Source: Wolbachia endosymbiont of Dirofilaria (Dirofilaria) immitis (GTDB lineage Bacteria > Pseudomonadota > Alphaproteobacteria > Rickettsiales > Anaplasmataceae). Taken from it: 32,000 nt of DNA. How positions within the stretch are numbered: the stretch's first letter is position 1; each line of letters begins with the position of its first letter. Below the pieces are notes generated by a model. The model made no database searches. It had not been told where the DNA came from and was given only the letters and a program-made list of their open reading frames with translations. Below are positions 11,130 through 22,129 of this stretch, piece after piece. The stretch lies in assembly GCF_013365455.1 (NCBI RefSeq), contig NZ_CP046578.1:888123-920122 (forward strand). The letters run 5' to 3'. Both the position numbers and the translations under genes were made by a program.

Positions 11130-12650
11130 TCACTCAATCAATGAATTACCTGTCATTTTATCTGTTTTTTTAATTCCAAGTAGCTGTAAAATAGTAGGAG
11201 CAACATCAGACAATCGTCCATCTCTCAGCTTTAGATTGCTACAAAAATCAGAGCATACAATAAATGGAACTCTATTTAAGGTGTGCGCAGTGTGAGGCGT
11301 ATTATTTTCCTCATCAAATACACACTCAATATTACCGTGATCTGACGTAATAATAAGTACAGTATTACCACCTACTTTCTTAATAGCATTAAGCACTCTT
11401 GCAAGGCAATTATCTACAGCCAGCACAGCCTTCTCTGCTGCTTTCATGTTACCTGTATGCCCTATCATATCAGGGTTAGCATAATTTACAACTATTAGTG
11501 CAAATTCTTGGGAATGAATTTTCTCTACAAGTTTTTCTGTAAGCTCAAAAGCTGCCATTTCTGGTTGCAAATCATAAGTTTTAACTTTTGGTGAAGGAAT
11601 CAAAATTCTTTCTTCACCAAAAAAAGGCTTTTCTTTCCTACAATTAAAGAAGAAAGTTACATGGGCGTATTTCTCAGTTTCAGCAATACGTAATTGCCGT
11701 AACTTATTGTCTTCTATCACTTGTCCTAAAGTGTCAGCAAAAGATGTAGCAGGAAAAAGACAAGGAATCTGAAGACTTTCTTTATATTTCATCATACTTA
11801 AAATAGAAGAAAACTTTACTACTTTATTATAGTCCGTCTTACCAAGTAAAATACTTGCCAACTGTATCATACGATCAGCACGAAAGTTAGCCAGTAACAC
11901 CCCATCTTCTGGCTTTATGCCTTGATACTCACCTATTACTGCAGGTCTAACAAATTCATCAGCTATGCTGCTTTGATAGCTATTATCAATCAAAGACATT
12001 ACATTATTATGACGCGGTGCTTTTGTAAATGCAATAGCCTCATAAGCTTCAACTGTTCTCTCCCACCTATTATCACGGTCCATAGCATAATAACGCCCAG
12101 AGACAGTAGCAATTTCTATGTCACCGCCCCTTACACTTTCTTTAAACTCTTGAATGCATTTTTTTCCTGAATTTGGCAACGTATCCCTACCATCCAGAAA
12201 TGCATGTACCACCACTTTGATTCCATGTTGCGATATTTTATTTGCTAAAATTGTAATGTGTTTTTGATGTGAATGGACACCTCCATCTGACACCAGTCCC
12301 ATTATATGACACACGCCGTTCTTATCTTTTAAGCTATTAATAAAATTTTGTAGATTCACATTGCTTTCTATTGTTCCAATTCCTTGATTAATACGCTGCA
12401 GGCTTTGTACTTCCACTCTGCCACCACCAATATTCATATGACCAACTTCTGAGTTACCCATTTGACCACTTGGTAACCCAACGTCAACTCCACAGGCAGA
12501 TAAACTGCATTTTGGATAATTGGAGCTAATATATTGCCAACAGAGTGGATTAGCATTGCTAATAGCATTGTGCTTACTATTTTCTATTCCATTCCCCCAG
12601 CCATCTAATATACATAAAACAACTGATTTAAAGTTCGTCAAAATCACCAT
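11130..12650 (-). CDS. gpmI: 2,3-bisphosphoglycerate-independent phosphoglycerate mutase
   Basis: 506 aa; [72 protein letters not shown]. Confidence 0.95.
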   Translation of the reverse strand: MVILTNFKSVVLCILDGWGNGIENSKHNAISNANPLCWQYISSNYPKCSLSACGVDVGLPSGQMGNSEVGHMNIGGGRVEVQSLQRINQGIGTIESNVNLQNFINSLKDKNGVCHIMGLVSDGGVHSHQKHITILANKISQHGIKVVVHAFLDGRDTLPNSGKKCIQEFKESVRGGDIEIATVSGRYYAMDRDNRWERTVEAYEAIAFTKAPRHNNVMSLIDNSYQSSIADEFVRPAVIGEYQGIKPEDGVLLANFRADRMIQLASILLGKTDYNKVVKFSSILSMMKYKESLQIPCLFPATSFADTLGQVIEDNKLRQLRIAETEKYAHVTFFFNCRKEKPFFGEERILIPSPKVKTYDLQPEMAAFELTEKLVEKIHSQEFALIVVNYANPDMIGHTGNMKAAEKAVLAVDNCLARVLNAIKKVGGNTVLIITSDHGNIECVFDEENNTPHTAHTLNRVPFIVCSDFCSNLKLRDGRLSDVAPTILQLLGIKKTDKMTGNSLIE

Positions 12651-13707
12651 ATTATAATAGAATCACACAATATAATGTTTTCTAAAAATACCAAAAATAC
12701 CCCCCCATAACAATCTCTGCATTTATGACACTACACCCCTTATATACCATATATAACAAACCTTTAGCAAGTACATCTAGCACACGCAAACTTTCAGAAA
12801 GGAAAAACCACTTGATAAACTTTTGCTACTCTTATCATTTAATCTATGTAGATTAAATGATAAGAGTAGCACGCAATTCGCTTCTTACATTTAATTTTTC
12901 ATCACATGTGCCTTATCCTTTACAACATTTTTAGGTTATTTTTACTCATATAAGCTAGAAAGTATACCTACAGAGGACCCAAAACAGTAAGAGCAACACT
13001 AATTTATAGAATTAGGTAGTTGCATAGCTAGGCTATTATGAAGCTTCTTCACGCTCTTTCTTCTATCTAGCAAATCTTTTAAGTACTTATACTAAAAGTT
13101 AGTTTTACCTCCCCTAATTTAAGATACTGGCAATCAACGTTCATAGAAAAGCATATTAGGTCTCTTATCCCATAAACTTGATGAGTGTATACATATGAAT
13201 AGTACAACGCCACAGAATATCCAGCAGCCATATTCCTCGATAAACAAAATCCACTGTATCATACCTTCATTGAAAATAATTCATACATAAATGCATTAAC
13301 AGGACCAAATTACTTAGCTATCAGAACTACAAAGAAAATATGAACTGCTATGGTTAGCAAATTAGTATGCTCTTAATATCAAAAAACAGATAACTCACCA
13401 CATTATAAAAACATAAACAGAAATTTCATAACTTTTCTCTTCCTATCTTACCAAAAAATATTGTAAATAATATAGTCAATTTTCGGCATAATTTTGATAT
13501 AGTATTTCTACTATGCGACTAAAAAAGCACACGATCATACTAAATAAAGTATTATAAGCTAAACTTGAAAGGATGATCCTTAACAAGGTCTTACTAAATC
13601 TTAGTATTTCCACATCATTGACTATATCAAGTGTTTCTATATTATATACTTCACCATGTTTAACTGAAAAAGATATTTTTCTATACAAGATCTTTCAATA
13701 AAGTGTC

Positions 13708-14699
13708 ATGACACATATTCCAGTTTTACTAAAAGAAATGCTATTGCACCTTTCACCACAAAATGGTGGTGTATATGTAGATGCTACATTTGGAGCTGGA
13801 GGATATAGCAAAGCAATATTGGAGTCAGCTGATTGCAAAGTATACGCAATTGATAGAGATGAAACGGTTATTAAATTCTATAATAATTTAAATGCTAAGT
13901 ATTCCGGTAAAATAAAATTATTTATTGAAAAGTTTAGCAACATTCAAACTATACTAAATAGCAGTAACCTTGAGCGTTGTGCAGAACCCTCTATAATCTT
14001 AAAATCACCTTACAATGCTTCAGCCAGGATTGAGAAAAAAAATGTATGGTCAAGCAACAGGATAATACAAAGTAATGTTGTAGACGGAATTGTGTTTGAT
14101 ATAGGAGTATCGTCTATGCAGCTTAATAAAGGAAGCAGAGGATTTTCATTTTTGCATAATGGTCCGCTCGACATGCGTATGGACAGCTCTTCCTACATCA
14201 ATGCTTCAACATTTGTTAACACTTTACACGAAGAAGAAATCGCAAATACTATATATAACTATGGAGGCGAGCGTTGCTCTCGCAAGATTGCGAGAGCAAT
14301 AGTAAATGCACGTAAAAAAAAACTATCAACACTACATTTGAGCTTGCAGATATTATACGTTCTGTGGTATTTCGCGGAAAAAGTAAGATTGATCCTGCAA
14401 CTAAGACATTCCAAGCAATCAGAATATGGGTAAACAACGAGCTCGAAGAACTTGAAAAGGGCATTAAAGCCGCATCTAAAATCTTAAGTAAGAATGGCAA
14501 GCTAATTGTCATTACCTTTCACTCTCTGGAAGATCGTATAGTTAAAACCCTTTTTAAAGATTTGTGTGAGCTAAGATTTACTCACCACAAAACATTTTCT
14601 CTTCTGAATAAAAAAGTAATCAAAGCAAGTGCAGAAGAAATAAGTGCAAATCCACGTGCGCGCTCAGCAAAATTAAGAGCCATACAAAAGTTATTATGA
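13708..14699 (+). CDS. rsmH: 16S rRNA (cytosine(1402)-N(4))-methyltransferase RsmH (MraW), split by a -1 frameshift at an A9 tract
   Basis: Frame 1 (from ATG 13708): THIPVLLKEMLLHLSPQNGGVYVDATFGAGGYSKAIL..GIVFDIGVSSMQL..RGFSFLHNGPLDMRMD..IARAIVNARKKK. It continues in the -1 frame after A9 (14314-14322) as TINTTFELADIIRSVVFRGKSKIDPATKTFQAIRIWVNNELEELEKGIKAASKILSKNGKLIVITFHSLEDRIVKTLF..ANPRARSAKLRAIQKLL, stop 14697-14699. Confidence 0.92.
14314..14322 (+). other. A9 homopolymer at the rsmH frameshift (possible slippery site or indel)
   Basis: CGT AAA AAA AAA CTA TCA. Reading resumes as ACT ATC AAC ACT ACA TTT GAG in the -1 frame, equivalent to one missing A. Confidence 0.85.
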
Positions 14700-14872
14700 A
14701 AACTTTCTATCATCTCAATATGAAGTTATCCAAACAACTCCTTAATATTAATACTAAGCCATATCAAGATAATCCTTTTAAACAGCAAGATGCAGAGGTA
14801 TATAACCACATTATTACAGATATTCTCATATTGACCTCAACTTCTAATAATATTTCCACAATTTTCATGTAG
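14696..14872 (+). CDS. short ORF overlapping the rsmH stop (ATGA); possible ftsL-position gene or remnant
   Basis: ATG 14696 overlaps the rsmH TGA. Reads MKTFYHLNMKLSKQLLNINTKPYQDNPFKQQDAEVYNHIITDILILTSTSNNISTIFM* (58 aa). No homology recognised; position only. Confidence 0.25.
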   Translation: MKTFYHLNMKLSKQLLNINTKPYQDNPFKQQDAEVYNHIITDILILTSTSNNISTIFM

Positions 14873-16144
14873 ACTTTTTCTTAAATTGCTAGTAGCAAAA
14901 GAGTTCTACCATATTTAGCAACAGTATTAACACTCACCTTAAATCTGAACAAGAGCTTAACTACTCTAGTGACACCATTATAGTATAGCTTTATATAACC
15001 GGGCAATAATTACCCACTAAACTCATGAACATTCGCTTATGTTCCCTTTGAAACAAGAAAACGCTGCCATTTTTTATATTAAGCTCAATAGAATACACTT
15101 ATACACCAAAACCACAGTTGTTTTCTTATAGACAAACTTCTTTAAGCTAGTCTTTACTTACTGTTCTTTTATAATAAATCTTGCTGTTTGTGCTTTATTA
15201 TTATAGCTTGCTAGGAAAAAGGCTAAGTATTATTTTCTCATCTCTCTGCCTCTATATTTATATCCTTTTTCTTTATCATTTCTTTCATTAATTTCTGCGC
15301 TTTTTGAGATTAAGAAATTTATTAATTCTATGTTATCTTACAACATAGCAACAAGACACAGTGAAGTAAAACCCGTCTTTATTTTTGGAATTAATTACTA
15401 GCAGTTTTCTTGTGCTCATTATAATAGCATAATGCAGCGGGTTATTTCTATTCTCACATTTATACTTGGATACTAAAATCAGCCTTACACTCTAGCATGA
15501 TTTCACTCTAACTACATTACCTTCTTTCTTTTATAAAAATTTATGAAAAAGAATAACTTCACTTGTACCTTTCAAGTTACATTAAATCCACTTTTAACCA
15601 ATTAATCTATATCTTCCTTACGCGCTTATACCATTTGAATTAAATCACTTTTGCATCAATAATATCCTACCTGATTAAGATTAAGTTAATTAGTGAAAAA
15701 TATATTATAGCTAAAGTATCACACATAGCCGTACAAGTATTCTTCACAAAAAATGTGTACCTAAGCCACAGCTGTATGAACATTGTTATAAAAGTCCAAG
15801 AAAATACCGTGAAAATAGCTGACATTTATATTTTATTCCAATATCAAATAACTCGAAGTTAAAAAAACAGAGTAAGAATTACTTCAAACTTAACAATCCT
15901 CTAAACCAATTATGTCCGAAAGCAATCACTACCCATAACATAATCCTTGTACCACTAACATAAATAAGAACTAAGCAGCATAAAAAGCCTCCAAGCGTTT
16001 AGTTCATCACCTTCTCTTTTGCACCTTGTTATCATTAATACAGCCAATTTTATTTTATGAAAAATTTGTTTCACAGGTATATTAAGGTATCAGTCTTAAT
16101 TTTACCATATAATCAATTTGGTACCCTAGTATCTGCTTTTCTCT

Positions 16145-16560
16145 GAAAAAACAGATTTTTGCCTATTATCTCATCAATTCTTAAGATATTAGGTATATTT
16201 TTCATTATTAAACGGTTAAACTTTCAAACCGAAGATCGATCTACATATCCCTCTGGTAGGATACAAACAATCATATAAAGCATGTGCCACAATTAATTTT
16301 TCCTAGATTTTTCCCAAATGATTTCAGACAAAGTCTGAAATATTACCTTTAAGTTTTTACCATCAAATAAAGAATTCTACTATTTGCTCATGAAAAGCTA
16401 TTTTTTGCATGAATAAACCCAAGAATACTTGATCAAATCCTTCAACTAAAAAGCCAGCCTTTTATGAGACAAAGTTTTTTGATACTTTTCTCATAACTGT
16501 ATTTAAAATTTACATCTTCTAAATACTTTAGAACTCTATGATTACCGCAAGCACCTCAAA
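16145..16560 (-). pseudogene. possible decayed gene
   Basis: Minus-strand pieces with interleaved stops: GACGNHRVLKYLEDVNFKYSYEKSIKKLCLIKGWLFS*, VEGFDQVFLGLFMQKIAFHEQIVEFFI*, MKNIPNILRIDEIIGKNLFFQRKADTRVPN*. Confidence 0.3.
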
Positions 16561-17225
16561 TTTTCCGGTACGCTGAAATATTTTTTTTAGCCAAAATTTA
16601 CTAAACTTAGAAAGCAACAAAATTCCTTAAGTGTTAAAGATAATTGTACTCTTTCCTACAAAATCAACACTACTAAGCATATTCTTTTCAATTTAAAATG
16701 ACACAGATCCATAAACAACGAAAATTAACTCATTATCATTTTTCAGCTATGTATTTTGAAAATACTTCATTTTGCTAGAAAAGTTAGATCTTTTTTTTTA
16801 AACTCACCACAAAAATTTTACCTAAATAGTAACAATATTTACTCAGCAATAAACGTCTATTAACTATTCATAGCAAATCACTTCAGTCGTCATATCTAGC
16901 AACTTGCTTAGAAAATTTACTAAGCTAATAAGATATTATAGCATGTTCTTCTGGCTTTAGTGGCAAATCTACAAGTAATATTATTTAAAAACCCTACTAA
17001 GCTCTTGAATAAAAAGACCTTTTTCTATACAACCTATTCTTTTAGCTACCATAAAAGATATAACATTCTTTTCTATAGGCTCCAATAGTTATTTTAATTT
17101 ACTTCTACCAACAAATGATAGATATAAATATGAAATATAGTATAAGCTTTTTGTTTTGATAATACTTAATACTAAGGTGTAGTTATTACTATTTTCTACA
17201 CCATAAACTCAGCTCTTACTACCAT

Positions 17226-17906
17226 TTAATAACTTACTTTCACACAATACTTACCATCCTTAAAAAGGAATCTAACATTTTTCATTCCTTGATTACGAAG
17301 CTTCGATGCAGCTAATTTAGCAGCTTGAATACTTTCAAAAAATGCTATATATCCCTTACTTTCCATATTGTCTTGTTTTGGATGACGTTTTTGCATCTCT
17401 TTTTCATATTGCTTTCTATAATGAGGAGTCTTTTGTATTAATCGTTCCGACATTTTCCTTAAATATTGAACCTTTACTTTTGTCAGCCCAGATTTATGAA
17501 ATCCTAAAATTTTTGCTGCTTTTTCCGATAGATCTATTAACCTACCCTCAACAAATGGCCCCCTATCGTTAACCCTTACAACAAGTTTTCTTCCATTTCT
17601 TAAGTTAGTAACAAGAACAAAGCATGGTAAAGGCAGAGTTCTATGCGCTGCAGAAATTAAGTGACGGTTAAACACTTCACCATTTGCTGTAATTGTACCA
17701 TGACCTTCTATTCCATACCATGAAGCTATTCCTACCTCTTCATAATGGTTACAGTACTTCGGATAATAAGTTACACCATTTATTGTATAGCTATTACCAA
17801 TTTTATAGTGACCTGCAGTATCATTGCACCTACTGTAGAAACCACAACTACTTACTAAAACAAATATTAGGGACAGCAAGATTAAGTTTTTCATCATCAC
17901 ATTCAA
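17226..17906 (-). CDS. rlpA: RlpA-like lipoprotein (double-psi beta-barrel) with C-terminal SPOR-like segment
   Basis: 226 aa; lipoprotein-like signal LILLSLIFVLVSSCG, then EVGIASWYG..GTITANGEVFNRHLISAAHRTLPLPCFVLVTNLRNGRKLVVRVNDRGPFVEGRLIDLSEKAAKILG, and a SPOR-like tail YIAFFESIQAAKLAASKLRNQGMKNVRFLFKDGKYCVKV. Confidence 0.88.
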   Translation of the reverse strand: MNVMMKNLILLSLIFVLVSSCGFYSRCNDTAGHYKIGNSYTINGVTYYPKYCNHYEEVGIASWYGIEGHGTITANGEVFNRHLISAAHRTLPLPCFVLVTNLRNGRKLVVRVNDRGPFVEGRLIDLSEKAAKILGFHKSGLTKVKVQYLRKMSERLIQKTPHYRKQYEKEMQKRHPKQDNMESKGYIAFFESIQAAKLAASKLRNQGMKNVRFLFKDGKYCVKVSY

Positions 17907-17982
17907 TAAAAAGGCTTAATACCATAAGCATTTTAAACTAAACTATAATAGATTTAGTAATAAGTAAACTTTTACGTTAAAT

Positions 17983-19440
17983 ATGAATGGTACTCAAAAA
18001 GAAACAATACATATAATTGGCATAGGTGGAATTGGAATGAGCGCAATTGCTGAAATCCTCCATAACTCCAACTATAAAGTCCAAGGCAGTGATATACAAT
18101 CAAACACAAATGTAGATAAGCTACAAAAGTTAGGAATAGAGATCTATATTGGTCACAATCCCAATAATATCAGGCAAGCCCAAGTGGTTGTATATTCCTC
18201 TGCAATAAAACCTGATAACATTGAATTAGTTACAGCAAGAGATACTAACAGAATCATTTTACACAGGTCAGATATACTTGCTAAAATCATGAAAGACAAA
18301 TATGTGATAGCAGTTTCAGGATCAAGTGGAAAGACAACAACAACTGCTATGATTGCTTCCATTTTAGACTATTCTAATGGTCCCCTTTCTGTCATCCAAG
18401 TAACTGACACTAAGACCAAGAAAAAAGATCTAGATCTTGGCGTCACACCACAGAATAACAATACCACTGGAATCGATGCAACTGTAATTATAGGAGGGAT
18501 ATTAAACTCCTATCAGAGTAACTTAAAGCTCGGAAGGAATGACATGTTTTTGATTGAGGCTGATGAGTCTGATGGAACTATGATAAAAATCCCTGCGAAT
18601 ATTGCTATCATAACTAGTATTAATAATGATCACATAGACTACTATGGAACATTCAAAAACCTTAAGAAGGCATTTTCCCAATTTGTAAATAAAGCAGATT
18701 TTGCAATTTTACCCCATTCTGTAAGCATTAATTATAATACAAGTAACTCTATAACTTTTGGTCTCAAAGGTGGTGATATTAAAGCTAGCAATATCAAGCA
18801 ATATGCCAACAGTATTAAGTTTGATGTATTGGTTGATAATAACCCAAGAATAAAAAATATAGTACTATCAAATACAATAGGAATGCATAAAATTAGCAAC
18901 GCCCTAGCTGCAATATCTACTTCAATAAAACTAGGGATCAGTGATAAAGAGATTAAAAAAGGTCTCTTAAAGTTTAAAGGAGTAGCAAGAAGATTTTCTT
19001 TAATTGCTAATGTTAAAGGCATTAAATTAATTGAGGATTATGCTCATCACCCCAATGAAATACAGGCAACTTTAATAGCAGCGCGCTCAATTGCTAAAGA
19101 AAAAGTGATAGGAATTATTGAACTATTCCGTTTCATTCGCATTTATAATTTTTTTGATGAATTTATACGAATTCTTATGATGTTTGACTATATTCTCCTT
19201 ACCCCTATCCATCCTCTAGAAGATAAACCAATTCCCGGGTGCAGGATTGATGACATACAAAAAGCTCTACTTAGTAATGGATTTAATAATGTAAAAACTG
19301 TAAATGATGCTTTATTTATCTCACATTCCATTAATAATTTGACAAATTCAGGTGATGTAGTACTATTCATTGGTGCTAGCAGCAATATAGCTAAACTGGC
19401 AAGAGAAACTGCAACACTCATATCAGAAGCAGAGGTTTAA
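17983..19440 (+). CDS. murC: UDP-N-acetylmuramate--L-alanine ligase
   Basis: 485 aa; [58 protein letters not shown]. Confidence 0.92.
   Translation: MNGTQKETIHIIGIGGIGMSAIAEILHNSNYKVQGSDIQSNTNVDKLQKLGIEIYIGHNPNNIRQAQVVVYSSAIKPDNIELVTARDTNRIILHRSDILAKIMKDKYVIAVSGSSGKTTTTAMIASILDYSNGPLSVIQVTDTKTKKKDLDLGVTPQNNNTTGIDATVIIGGILNSYQSNLKLGRNDMFLIEADESDGTMIKIPANIAIITSINNDHIDYYGTFKNLKKAFSQFVNKADFAILPHSVSINYNTSNSITFGLKGGDIKASNIKQYANSIKFDVLVDNNPRIKNIVLSNTIGMHKISNALAAISTSIKLGISDKEIKKGLLKFKGVARRFSLIANVKGIKLIEDYAHHPNEIQATLIAARSIAKEKVIGIIELFRFIRIYNFFDEFIRILMMFDYILLTPIHPLEDKPIPGCRIDDIQKALLSNGFNNVKTVNDALFISHSINNLTNSGDVVLFIGASSNIAKLARETATLISEAEV
18373..18468 (+). repeat. in-frame extra segment in murC resembling a decayed Rickettsiales-type palindromic repeat
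   Basis: Sequence tctgtcatccaagtaactgacac...actggaatc flanks the perfect 14-bp palindrome AAGATCTAGATCTT (18425-18438), with CCAAGA...TCTTGG around it. The encoded ~32 aa ([32 protein letters not shown]) sit between two parts of MurC that are normally nearly contiguous. Confidence 0.45.
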
Positions 19441-19444
19441 CATA

Positions 19445-20719
19445 ATGAAAAAGATAATAAACAACGTTTTTGCAAGAGAAATTTTAGATAGCAGAGGTTA
19501 TCCAACCATTGAAGTAGAAATTGAACTCTGTGATGGAGCAATAGGTAGAGCATCTGTACCTTCTGGGGCTTCAATTGGCAAATTAGAAGCCCTAGAGCTG
19601 AGAGATCAAGATAAAAAAAGATATTGTGGCAAGGGAGTATTGAAAGCCGTTCAAGCTGTAAACGGAGTGATAGCAAATAAAATCATTGGCATGGATGCAA
19701 CAAACCAAAGTATAATCGATCAAACTTTAATTAAGCTTGATGAAACGAAAAACAAATCTAAACTTGGAGCAAACACAACCTTAGGAGTGTCTCTTGCAGT
19801 TGTAAAAGCAGCAGCAAATAGCTTTAAAATGCCACTATATAGATATCTAGGAGGTGAACAGGCAAATATTATACCAGGTCCACTTATCAACGTAATTAAT
19901 GGAGGAGCACATGCAGACAATAAACTTGACTTTCAAGAGTTCATGATTTTTCCTATTGGCGCTGAGGCTATTAGTGAAGCGATTAGAATGTCCGCAGAAG
20001 TGTTTCATAATTTACGTAATATTCTTAAGAAAAAAGGTTACAGCACAAATGTAGGAGACGAAGGTGGTTTTGCACCAAACATTGAAAGCACAGAGGAAGT
20101 ACTTGATTTAATCATATATGCTATAGAATCTTCTGGTTATTCAATGTACAATCACTTTGCATTAGGTCTTGATGTTGCTTCATCTACCTTTTATGAAAAT
20201 AAAATTTACAAACTTAGAAATGGAGAGCTCACTTCAGAGGAATTAGCTGAGTACTATTTTAACCTCGTGAAAAAATATCCTATAATCTCTATAGAGGATG
20301 CAATGAGCGAAGATGATTATGAAGGTTGGAAACTGCTCACTACAAAGCTAGGAAATAAAATTCAACTAGTCGGGGATGATCTATTTGCTACAAATTGTCA
20401 GCTAATACGTAAAGGAATAGAGGAAAAAATAGCAAATGCTGTATTGATTAAACCAAATCAGATAGGAACATTAACAGAAACTTTAGCCGCTATTGAAACA
20501 GCAGAATTAAATGGTTATAAAGCTATCATTTCTCATCGCTCAGGTGAGACAGAAGATACAACAATATCTCATATAGCAGTTGCATCAAACTGCGGACAAA
20601 TAAAAACTGGCTCGCTATCGCGTTCTGATAGGCTTGCAAAGTATAACGAACTCATGAGGATAGAAAGTATGTTGGGAGAAAACGCTAAATATTATCATGG
20701 GTTAGCATGGGTTTCATAG
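19445..20719 (+). CDS. eno: enolase
   Basis: 424 aa; [72 protein letters not shown]. Confidence 0.97.
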   Translation: MKKIINNVFAREILDSRGYPTIEVEIELCDGAIGRASVPSGASIGKLEALELRDQDKKRYCGKGVLKAVQAVNGVIANKIIGMDATNQSIIDQTLIKLDETKNKSKLGANTTLGVSLAVVKAAANSFKMPLYRYLGGEQANIIPGPLINVINGGAHADNKLDFQEFMIFPIGAEAISEAIRMSAEVFHNLRNILKKKGYSTNVGDEGGFAPNIESTEEVLDLIIYAIESSGYSMYNHFALGLDVASSTFYENKIYKLRNGELTSEELAEYYFNLVKKYPIISIEDAMSEDDYEGWKLLTTKLGNKIQLVGDDLFATNCQLIRKGIEEKIANAVLIKPNQIGTLTETLAAIETAELNGYKAIISHRSGETEDTTISHIAVASNCGQIKTGSLSRSDRLAKYNELMRIESMLGENAKYYHGLAWVS

Positions 20720-21729
20720 ATGAAATTAAATTATATTTAAAAGCAGGTAACGGAGGCAATGGTTGCGCAAGCTTTCGTCGAGAAAAATTTATTGAATTTG
20801 GCGGCCCAAATGGCGGTAACGGAGGAAAGGGAGGAGACATAGTTCTTATCAGCGACGCAAATCTCAATACTCTACTTAACTTCCGTCATATAAGACACAT
20901 TAAAGCAAGCGATGGGGAAAGCGGTGCAAGCAGAGGCATGTCTGGCGCAGCGGGAAAGGATATCATACTTAAAGTTCCAGTCGGTACACAAATAATTGAT
21001 GAAGAAAGTAAGGAAATAATAGTAGATTTCAATAAACCTAATATGAAACTTCAAGTAGTACAAGGTGGAAAAGGCGGACTTGGAAATATTAATTTTAAAT
21101 CCTCTATTAATAAGGCACCAAGGCGTTTTACCTACGGTAAACTTGGTGAGAAAAGAAACATAATACTAAAACTAAAAGTTTTATCAGATGTTGGTATTAT
21201 CGGCATGCCAAATGCAGGTAAATCAAAATTTTTGACTCGTTGTTCAAATGCAAATACAAGAGTAGGAAATTATCCTTTCACCACCATTAAGCCACATCTA
21301 GGTATAGTAAAGGTAGATAACAATAAAATTGTAGTAGCAGATATTCCTGGAATAATTGTTAATGCTCATCTTGGAGCTGGACTCGGTCACAAGTTTCTAA
21401 AGCATATAGAAAGGTGTAAAATTTTACTGCATTTAATCGATATAACTCACGATGATGTCATTTTGGCTTATAATTGTACACGCAATGAGTTAAAGCTTTA
21501 CAGTAGTGACCTTATCAAGAAAGAGGAGATTGTAGTATTAAACAAACGTGACTTATTGCAAGAAGCAGAAATCCTTAAAAAGAGGAGTCACTTAGCCAAC
21601 TATCTTAATAAAAAAATACTATGCTTATCAATTAATGATGATTTACAGCCTATTCTAAGATTATTGAATGAGAAATTAAAAAAGAGCAACTCTAAAGAAA
21701 TTAATGTATATGACCCTTTTAAAACATAA
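20707..21729 (+). CDS. obgE: GTPase ObgE/CgtA
   Basis: 340 aa; Obg domain [32 protein letters not shown] domain [56 protein letters not shown]. Confidence 0.95.
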   Translation: MGFIDEIKLYLKAGNGGNGCASFRREKFIEFGGPNGGNGGKGGDIVLISDANLNTLLNFRHIRHIKASDGESGASRGMSGAAGKDIILKVPVGTQIIDEESKEIIVDFNKPNMKLQVVQGGKGGLGNINFKSSINKAPRRFTYGKLGEKRNIILKLKVLSDVGIIGMPNAGKSKFLTRCSNANTRVGNYPFTTIKPHLGIVKVDNNKIVVADIPGIIVNAHLGAGLGHKFLKHIERCKILLHLIDITHDDVILAYNCTRNELKLYSSDLIKKEEIVVLNKRDLLQEAEILKKRSHLANYLNKKILCLSINDDLQPILRLLNEKLKKSNSKEINVYDPFKT

Positions 21730-22129
21730 ATTTACACGTTTGATAGCTATATAAACATGTAATAATTAATGCTTTTAACAGCTTGAGTAGTACTTTATCA
21801 AAGACATAGAATTTTAGGAATAAGGTTCATTGCACAAAAAAGATTCAGAAGAAAATTAACGTGTATGCTAAAGAAATCAAACAAATATATATACTCGTAC
21901 ACTTTGAAAAAGATATGCATCACTTTAACTAAAATTTAGATAAAAAGTCTGCAGATAGAGATAAATCTTAAGCTCTCTAAATACTTTTACTATAACCAAT
22001 AAAATAACACTAAAACAGATAGCTAAAGCAATCTCTTCTACTAGGAAATCTTAACCTTGTTTCAATTATTAATCAGTTTAAAATTAAATATCTTGACATT
22101 CGCTCAATGCTACTATACAATAAATGTGT

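Noticed and set aside
11922-12170. Antisense ORF inside gpmI
   Set aside because: Overlaps a strongly supported CDS on the other strand.
13476-13688. 70-aa ORF on the minus strand just upstream of rsmH
   Set aside because: Short, AT-rich and without recognisable similarity; could be chance.
17342-17941. Antisense ORFs 17342..17572 and 17693..17941 over rlpA
   Set aside because: Shadows of rlpA; low-complexity translations.
18153-19421. Antisense ORFs inside murC (18153..18362, 18732..19022, 19188..19421)
   Set aside because: Antisense to murC; composition follows the sense-strand codon bias.
19437-20867. Small ORFs overlapping eno/obgE (19437..19676, 19720..19920, 20685..20867)
   Set aside because: Embedded in the well-supported eno and obgE genes in other frames.
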